Source of the DNA: Octopus vulgaris
Taxonomy: Eukaryota
DNA length: 64,000 nucleotides
NCBI GenBank assembly: GCA_951406725.2
Contig: OX597826.1
Coordinates: 12,090,001 to 12,154,000, forward strand
Direction of reading: 5' to 3'
The notes under the pieces were generated by a model. The model saw only the letters and a list, made by a program, of their open reading frames with translations. It did not search any database and had not been told where the DNA came from. A program made the translations under genes and the position numbers. Below, in pieces: positions 54,651-64,000 of the stretch (positions within the stretch are counted from its first letter, which is position 1; each line of letters begins with the position of its first letter).

Positions 54651-55424
54651 TAATACGGACAATTGGCTACTATTGTTTTGTACAATAAGGGACTACGTAG
54701 AAGCTTACTTGAAGATATCTTGATTATTGTTGCCGTGGTTACCACTATTATTTTTATTACTGCTGCTGCTGCTTCTACTATTGCAGCTGTTGCGATAAAT
54801 ATTTCCCTCGTAGCTTTTGTTAGAGCTGAAATTTATTGCTGTTATTCATGTTAGTTTTACTGATTTTTTTCCCTTGTCATCCTTGATTCAAAGGGCCTGG
54901 CTTCAAAATCATTCCAGCCGGTGCAAGACGACTTCTTCCTTTTACGGTTATGTGATGATTAAATTAACCACTGTGTCCTCTCACAATATATGTTGGTAGA
55001 ATGCGATATTATGGAGATTTAGCTGCTACTCCCAGAAATTCTGGCAACCACGTAGAGATTTCCTTGATACTTCAGTAGGTTATTCAAGTCTAGGTCAGCT
55101 ATGATAATGCACAAAGGATTTCCAGTTAGGATTAAACCATATTTGCGTATACCAGGGACTACCATATCTAATATATTCTTCCTTATATTTGGACGCCGGA
55201 CATAATCCGCAGGTTATCTTGTAGCAGGCCGAGGAAGGACGTGGAGGTACTTACGTTTTTCCGTTCTTGTAACAGTTAGTGTGTCGAACAAAGCCCCTTG
55301 CGATATTTAAATACGATTCTTTACTTTCTTAGTCTATTCATATATCACCGATGTTGATTTTGCGTTTCATCAATAAAATAAGTAGCAGTTTAATACTAAA
55401 TACTAGTTTCAAATTTTGGCACAA

Positions 55425-55892
55425 GAACTCAGAACGCAGCAGACGAAATACCGCGAAGCCCGGCCTGCTAACGTTTCTTATTTCTTTATAGCCCACAAGG
55501 GGCTAAACATAGAGGGAACAAACAAGGACAGAGAAACGGATTAAGTCGATATCGACCCCAGTGCGTAACTGGTACTTATTTAATTGACCCCGAAAGGATG
55601 AAAGGCAAAGTCGACCTTTGCGGAATTTGAACTCAGAACGCAACGGCGGACGAAATACCTATTTCTTTATCACCCACAAGGGGCTAAACATAGAGGGGAC
55701 AAACAAGGACAGAAATTGGTATTAAGTCGATTACATCGACCCCAGTGCGTAACTGGTATTTAATTTATCGACCCCGAAAGGATGAAAGGCAAAGTCGACC
55801 TCGGCGGAATTTGAACTCAGAACGTAACGGCAGACGTTATACCGCTTCGCATTTCGCCCGGCGCGCTAACGTTTCTGCCAGCTCACCACCTT
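55425..55892 (-). mobile_element. SINE family B multimer (two units plus partial third)
   Basis: Junctions at ~55660 and ~55478. Confidence 0.85.
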
Positions 55893-56257
55893 CTCTACTA
55901 GTAGCAGTAGTAATACTGTAGACGTTGAAGACGGACAAATGGTTCCCTTGCCGCCGCCGCTTCTACTCTCCTTCTCTTTGTTGTTGCTCTCAGTATTGTT
56001 ACTGTTACGAGTTGCTATCTCTGCTGTCACACTCAGATCGCTTCTCATTACTATAACCCCGATCTTAGATCTTTTCTCACTGTTGTCGTGGTTGTAAATT
56101 TTTATAGTATTTTTTTTCTATCGAATTTCCATGGTTCGTTTCCTTCAAGAATAACAGGAAATCTCATGTAATTTCCACTTCATTTCTTTCAAAGAGAATT
56201 CATGTAAAAATGTATTTTAGCACTTTGGGGTATATATTCTCGATTTTCTTTTTGCTT

Positions 56258-56268
56258 CTTACTTTCTC

Positions 56269-56344
<76 letters not shown>

Positions 56345-56450
56345 TCGTTCTCGCTTTCTTTCTTTCTTTCTTTCTTCCTTCCTTCCTTTCTTTATTTCTC
56401 TCTTTCTTCCTTCCTTTCTTTCTTTCTCTCTTTCTTTCTCTTTCTTCGTT

Positions 56451-56490
<40 letters not shown>

Positions 56491-56492
56491 TG
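56258..56492. repeat. (CTTT)n array
   Basis: Direct reading. Confidence 0.95.
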
Positions 56493-57111
56493 CATACTTG
56501 CTTCTTTCTCTGTTTTTTTTAAAAGAATTTTCCTTCTATATCAACACTTACCATATTTTAAAACTATTTTTTTATACTTTGTATCTGTATTCTTGTATAA
56601 CTAAGCAAGTTCGTTTCAGTAAAAAAAAGAAAAAAACAGAACAAAATAAAAAAAAAAACATTACTTCCAGATATATCACAACCACCACCATCATTACGAC
56701 TCGTATTCTTGCTGCTTTAAATTATAATAATATCGATATCTCACATATGCACTTGGCCAAGCATTTTATGTGAAGGGCATACTCCATTTAATCAATACCA
56801 CTACATGAATTCCGGTACACCACACAAACTTTCGGCAAAAGGTGGAAATGAAACACAAGATGAAGGGAAGTAATACCACAAAGCTGCTTGCTCTTAAAAG
56901 TGGTTATCGTTTTCTCGGCCGTAAGGGTGACGAATGATATTTATTTACGCTAAATCAATTATGAAAACTACTGGCATGGAGACACCAGTATATAAGATGA
57001 ATTTAGCTGAGTCGTCGCAGTAGAGAAGAGCCGCTCTAGGAACAGTATAAAAAGGAAGATGCTTGCTCATCCAGCTGTGTGTTTTGAGTTACAGATATAT
57101 GCTACAACTAA

Positions 57112-57556
57112 AGCTGGCAGTAACGTTAGCACACCGGGCGAAGTGCTTAGCGGTATTTCGTCTGTCGCTACGTTCTGAGTTCAAATTCCTCCGAGGTCGA
57201 CTTTGACATTCATCCTTTCGGGGTCGATTAAATAAGTACCAGTTATGCACTGGGGTCGATATAATCGACTTAATCCCTTTGTCTGTCCTTGTTTGTCCTC
57301 TCTGTGTTTAGCCCCTTGTGAGTAGTAAAGAGATAAGAAACGTTAGCAGGCCGGGCGAAATGCCTAGCGGTATTTTGTCTGCCGCTACGTTCTGAGTTCA
57401 AATTCCGCCGAGGTCGACTTTGCCTTTCATCCTTTCGGGGTCGATTAAATAAGTACCAGTTTCGCACTGGCATCGATGTAATCGACTTAATCCGTTTGTC
57501 TGTCCTTGTTTGTCCCCTCTATGTTTAGCCCCTTGTGGGTAATAAAAAAATAAGAT
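57112..57556 (+). mobile_element. SINE family B dimer
   Basis: Junction GAGATAA|GAAACGTTAGC at ~57336. Confidence 0.9.
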
Positions 57557-57818
57557 ATATGCTGATAGTAAGTCCACTTGAGAAGAGTAAACTGCCTGCT
57601 TTTCCCGTAATGAGAAAGGCGGCAGAGGTTGATCCTTACTTAGACTTGGTTAAGAAATGGATCCCTCTAGCATGTGCAAGCAAATGCTCAGAATATTACC
57701 ATAAGGCAGCAGTGCACCAATAATAAATGAGAGGAACGATTTGGCGGTTATGGAAGTAGAACCTTAGAAATGTAAAAGTGCTACCATCGAATTTATGCAA
57801 TTAACGACACACACACAC

Positions 57819-57856
<38 letters not shown>

Positions 57857-57895
57857 CTCTCTCTATCTATCTATCTCTCTCTCTCTCTCTCTCTA

Positions 57896-57937
<42 letters not shown>

Positions 57938-60544
57938 CATAAATATGAGAGAGCGACCACTATGTGGTCTACTCTAGTGCTAAAAATAGATCCACTATGG
58001 TATAGCCACTAAAAAATTGTTTCCAAGGAGAAGTAACACAATATTTAGCGTGGGGTAAGTGAAAAATAACGAAAAAATAGATTAACCCTGAACAATTGTT
58101 TCATTATTAATGTAAATGCAATTTTACTTAAACAACATCCATAAATCATCAGCAGGAATTTGTCTTAAATACAATTTATTAAATCCTGTAATTCAAATGA
58201 GGAAAATTGGAAATGAGCAATGTCCAGACACTTCGCATAGACAATAGCTGTGTATGCAAACAACGTGGCTTCAACCATATTAGGAACAGCGACGTAATCT
58301 AGGTTTTATGGATAACTGACAAAAACTTTTTCTCACTTAAAATAATGGGAAAACAATTAATATGAGAGAGGAATGAGGTAAAGAAATGTTAAAAACACTG
58401 ATAACGATCGGCAAAGAAAGAAAGAAACAGTAAAAGAGAAATGAAAATGTGTCAAAGTGTCTCTCAGTCAAAGACTTCTAATTTATTTCAAAATTAAAAT
58501 GATCGTAGAATGATCTCTACTTAACAGAGATCTTTAAATAGACCGAAGGTTTTCTTAAATATTATTGCTTAAAAGGCTTTGATTTATTCAGAAAACAAAA
58601 TGAAATTACTCATTAATTAGAAAGAAAAGTAATTAAAAAAAAATGAATGGTGATAATAGGATCGAATAAATTCTCTTAAACATCTTCACTAAATTTACTG
58701 TTACATTATTGACTAGGTATCCATTAAATTTGCATTATAAATCACATTCTCTAAGCGATATAGAATTCCTAATTAATTCATTAATTAATTAGTTGTATCA
58801 TGTTCGAAGCTCTTTATTTGTCATTGCATTTTATTTGGCCATATACGTATACATATAAGAAATCATTCCTTACCTTACTATTTCTTCCGTTAGACATTTT
58901 CAGGAAATATTCACCAAAGCATTCTCAATGTTTATAGAATTTAGAAAAATTAAGCGAACTGATGATATTCCATTAAAAGCTAATACTTTCCAAAAAGTGA
59001 CATATTTAGTGAATTAATACTGTTACACATTATAGGTATAATTATAGGAAATGGACCTACAAATATTCACTGTTTTGGGAATCACTGGTATGTTTTCGTT
59101 TTCGTAGTAGGTTTCAAATGAAAGACACGTATCTATTTATACAGGGTGTACGTAATTTCCCCAGAAAAAAGATCTATACCTGTCCTTTTGTTTCAGTCAA
59201 CAAAAAACATGCAGAATTAATTACCGTATCCATAAACATAAGGAAATATCCAGGTGGAATTCGAACTCACCTTTCACGTGTCAACAGTTAAACAATTTAT
59301 ATATTTGGCTACTGTATCAATTACATTCTATAAAAACACGTCCAACTACATTTCTCGTGTTCCATGCCATTCTTGAAATGCCGAAAGTCTTGTTCAGAAA
59401 ATTAATTTCCTCCAGTGAGTGGTTAAAGATGAGCAACGTCGAATCGTGGCTGCGCATCTTCTCTTTATACTAATGTCACTCCATCTAGACTAATTTCCAA
59501 CTGAATGTTCGGTTAAAACAGTGGTGATAATAGTCAGTTACTTTCAAATCACCTGGATAGAATTCGTCCAAGGTTGCCTAAATGCTTCGGAGGAAGAGAT
59601 ATCACAGTATTTATGAATCCTGTCACAATATTTATTCTTCGACAGACAATAATGTTCACTGAGGTAATAGCTTCCAGATAAATGGTTTCTGTGCAAATGA
59701 ATAGAATTTCTTATTTTGCTGTTAATTGTTTCATTTTAAAACGAATTGCTGAGAAGTTTAAGAAAACTGAAAATGAAATAGGAATAAGGTTTCTCTTTTC
59801 GAATCAGATTTAATCAAAAGATAGAAAAGTGAAATCTAATGTTGGTAACGTTGCAAATCTATTTTAACGCAATTCAATGTATGAATAATTTAATTTGTCT
59901 CTGATGTCTCTAAACAGCGAATCTATTGTTCAAACTAACATTATTAACGAGACTGTATCAATGAAATATGCCGAAAGAGAAACTCTATGGAGTGCGTTTG
60001 TGCTCGTAGCTGTGGAGAATTTATCACGTGGCAATCAGCTATTCATGCGGCTCACTAATCTGGGAAGAGAAAAAAGAGAAGGAATAAAGAAAACCATTGG
60101 CAACCAGTTATCATTTAGTCTTCTTCCTTTTCTTCATTCTTTCTCTGTTTCTTTGTTCATTCATTCTTAGGACAACAACAATGATCAATGGTATTTCTGA
60201 TTCAAGTATTCCAAACATATTCCGAGATCGAGAAAGAAAGTCGAGAATGGCTAGAAAGCAATAAGATGAAAATACCTAGCGACTGAATAAATTCTGCCGG
60301 GGTAAAATAAGACTTCTGAATAATTAAGGTCTAAAAGATCGGAACAGGTCAAGCGAATAGAATGTTAAAATCAGAATTTGATGGGTTTGATGCAGAAAAT
60401 AACCACAGGTGAAGGGAAATGGAAAGAGAGAAGTAGGAAATAATTTCTAAAAGCCATAGATCGGAAATTGAGAAGGGATATAGGTAATGGGTGGGTGTGC
60501 TCTCCATGCTGATGTTTACGAAGACGTTAAAGAACGATGGCGAC

Positions 60545-61175
60545 AGGAAGAGAGTGATAGAGAGAGACTGAGAAATAGAGAGAGAAGGAGAGACGGAAGG
60601 TAGGGGAGCAAGAGAGGGACAGAATGGGAGAGATAGAGGAACAGAGAGAGAATGGGAGTGAGGAATGAGAGAGCGATTGAGTAAGAGAGAGGAAAGAGCG
60701 ATAGAGTGAGTGAGTGAGAGAATGGGTGGAAAGAATGAGAGATCGGGGGAGAGAGCAAGAGAGGGATTGAGAGGTAGAGAGAGGTAGAGAGGTAGAGAGG
60801 TAGAGAGAGGTAGAGAGAGGGAGTGAGTGAGCGACAAAGAGACAGAGTTAGAGGGACAGAGAGAGAATGGTGAAAAAATGAGAGCTCGAGCAGTTAAGAG
60901 AGAGAGTGCGAGCGAAATAGAGAGTGTGGGAGAAATAAAGAGGGAGAAAGAGAGAGAGAAAGAGAGGGGAGAGAAATAAAGAGAGAGAGAGGGAGAGAGA
61001 GTGGTAGAGAGACAGAGAGAGAATGGGCGACAATAATGAGAGATCGGCCGATTATGGGAGTGAGAGAGAGCGAGGGGAGAGAGAGAGGGAGAGAGAGAGA
61101 GACAGGAAGACAGAACGAGAGTAGAAGAGTAAGAATGAGAAAACGTGAAGGACAAGAAGCGAGAAAGAGAAAGAA
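60545..61175. repeat. degenerate GA-rich polypurine tract
   Basis: Direct reading. Confidence 0.9.
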
Positions 61176-62288
61176 GTTAAATAGTTAATGTGAGCAATGA
61201 ATAAAAGGAAAATTGAATCGTTGTTTACGCAATCGTTGTTTACACTCCCCCACCACCACTACCACCACTACCAGCCCCACCAGCCCCACCACAGTCACCA
61301 TCCTCTCCTCAACAACCCCCAATCTTCACTATGCGTGGTAGCCTAATCCAACGCAACAACCACCATAAACAGGCTCATGAAAAGCAGGTTACGTTTACAT
61401 ATAACAAAGCATATATTGATTTGTTGCACGACAAAGTGAAGGCCGAGGTTTCACATAAGATCATCCCCGAGGAGAAATCTTACAAAGTACAAAATACGAT
61501 TGCTTTTTTTTTAGTCTTTATTCGTTTATGCTCTTCGTTCGACGGTGATACAGCGTTTCACTAAAACATGCCTGTCCTCATTATTCATGCAGCGCAATCA
61601 TAGGCGCAGATTTTACTTAGATTGACAAAACCCTTTATGTCTTCAAAACACTGTGTGCTGGGTTACTGATATGGTACATCGAGCAGGTTTCATGCATTCT
61701 ACCACAGGCGTGGCTTGGACTCACACACACACACACACACACACAATGGGCGTTTTAGAGGCATGCAACAAATACCATATTTTGTTTTTTGCAGTAATAC
61801 CGAGCTAGGGTCCCTGTTGGTTTCAGGAAAACTGGCGTACGCTGTATAAAGCTTAAAGATACAAGTAACATTTTCTGTTACGTTTATTATTAATACATGT
61901 ATGTATAAGTGTGTTTGAGTATTTCTCTGTTTATGTGTTCGTGTATGTGTGCCTGGTATAGAAATATTCAGGTATGGACACATAAAATCATTTGTGGAAA
62001 GAAAACCTCCCCAAAAGACCACTCATTCACTTGTGAGCATTCAAATCTTTGAAAATCCAGGAGAAGGCTTTGTAAATAGCTTTCGGTCATTTAGGCTGTG
62101 TCTCTCTGCGGATCTTTAACTTTAAAGACTGATGTGTGTGTGTGTGTGTGTGTGTGACGAAACTGAGTAAGCTTTTACAATTCAATTGTACTGTGTTTTA
62201 TACTAAGAAATGAGATGCATTAAAGGAATTATTATACGAGATATGTATGATAACAACAGTTAAAGATAACTACCACATATACGCGCAT

Positions 62289-62593
62289 TGTTGATTGTTC
62301 CTTCTCGAACCTCACCTGGCTCATAAGGGCCGGTTTCCCGGTTTCCTTGGCGTATAGGTTCCCCACCTGGACGGGACGCCGGTCTGTCGCACGTGAGCTG
62401 TAAGATGTAGGAGGAAAAAGAGAGAAATTTGTGGCGAAAGAGACAGCAGAAGTTCGCCTTTACCTTCTGAGGGAGCCGCGTGGAGTTTAAGTGTTTCGCT
62501 CATAAACACACACATCGCCCGGTCTGAGATTCGAACCAGCGATCCCTCGACCGCGAGTCCGCTGCTCTAACCACTAGGCCATGTGCCTCCACT
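62289..62593 (-). mobile_element. SINE family C-related, same tail type as 42370
   Basis: TSD TACGCGCAT at 62280/62595. Confidence 0.9.
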
Positions 62594-63254
62594 CTACGCG
62601 CATAGAAGACGATATTTTCAATATTTCCTTATAAATCTCGAATATCTGTCGTGCATCGTATTGCAGGAATGTTACATTGGTCATTTGCCAATTTTTCCTC
62701 GCAGACGAGGGTTGTCTCTATTATACTTCTGTCTCTGTACTGCAAAAGAACAAAAAGGAAGTCAAGCAATCAACATTATGTCGCGAAACCATTATAAAAC
62801 CTGGATATAGGTTTATGAAATGCTAAAACCTTGCGTTTTTGATTGTCATTTTATATTTTCAAAATGTTCAAGTCAAAACTGGGATTCTGCCCCCGGTACC
62901 AGAGCGTTCTCTATGCCAAGAATTACGATACTTAATTTTAGAAAAAAATTAAAATCTATAAGTGTAGTACGGATTCTATCCTTGAATTAGTTAATCGCAA
63001 TTAACCCGATAGGCAACGGAATATTCCATCTATGCAAACTCACACATATGACTTATGCGTATGAACATACAGTCGTCTGCATACAAATTTGTACATATAA
63101 ATACACAAGCGACGCTTGCTGAAAACACATAAACAGAGACAAACGCAAACTTAAAGAAATATTTACATAAACTGACTTACACAAAACGAGAAACAACCAC
63201 GCGTAAACGCCCACAAAAACTTCAGATGCGATAGTAGTGTATATCTTCTAACAT

Positions 63255-63612
63255 GAACACACACCAAAACACACACACACACGCATACACACACACACAC
63301 TCGCACACACACGAACGCGCGCACACACACACACACTCTCACTCACATGCACACACACACACTAACATACACATACACACATTCATAAACACACTCGCAT
63401 ACTCATACACACACTCAAAACTCACACACACACACACACGCACACACACACACTCAATCGCACACACATGCTCTCTCTCACACACACTCACACGCACACT
63501 CACAAATACACACTCACACACTCATACTTACACACTCACTGACTCACACACGCTCACACACTCACGCACACACACACACGCGAACACAACGCGCCTACAC
63601 GCAACACACTCC
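63255..63612. repeat. degenerate (CA)n
   Basis: Direct reading. Confidence 0.9.
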
Positions 63613-63892
63613 TACATTGGTGCGTGAGTACGAATACATTTGCATAAGTTGATTACCGAGGTAGAATGCCATAACATTTAGGGAAGATTGCAAGATTAGT
63701 GTTGTTCAAATCAATCACTTGACTTCACTTTATCATCAGATAAGTATGTTTCGTTGTTTAGGAAGCATAAAGGCAAGAGAGAGACAAAAAAAGATGATGG
63801 AACGTGAAATGTTTCAGAAAGAAAAGGGGGAGAAGAATGGAAGTGGTAAGTTGGATACGACGTAAGAGGAAACAACGACAAGAACAGAAATG

Positions 63893-63897
63893 ATAAC

Positions 63898-63946
<49 letters not shown>

Positions 63947-64000
63947 GTAATAATAGTAATAATAATAATAATAATGATAATCAGGATAATAATAATGATA
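63893..64000. repeat. (AAT)n array
   Basis: Direct reading. Confidence 0.95.

Noticed and set aside
59140-59620. TA-CAGGGTG possible Tc1/mariner end
   Set aside because: No matching second TIR or clear transposase motif found
60349-61155. 268 aa S/L/P-rich ORF
   Set aside because: Reverse complement of the GA-rich tract
61620-61720. Signal-peptide-like frame LYVFKTLCAGLLIWYIEQVSC after an acceptor-like TTTTACTTAG
   Set aside because: No start codon, no convincing donor, no recognisable homology

Overview
AT-rich eukaryotic, repeat-dominated non-genic/intronic DNA. The SINE families and microsatellite load resemble an octopus/cephalopod genome (inference). Almost all ORFs in the track are microsatellite or SINE artefacts; only 2-268 may be a real exon. 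The window holds about 35 tRNA-head SINE copies in three families (A, B, C), a decayed Tc1, a decayed Buster-type hAT, a non-autonomous Helitron, mariner MITEs and R4/Dong-like LINE 3' ends at (TAA)n arrays. Main signal: about 8 fold-back (inverted-repeat plus one-sided tail) elements from different families sit in or beside (TA)n tracts, and most carry minimal type-I hammerhead ribozyme (HHR) motifs, consistent with Penelope-like element (PLE) insertions. Their cores show three Watson-Crick versions of the 3-8 pair (C-G, U-A, G-C). Family B SINEs also show signs of a concatemeric RNA template. All alignments and folds were done by eye, so coordinates are approximate.
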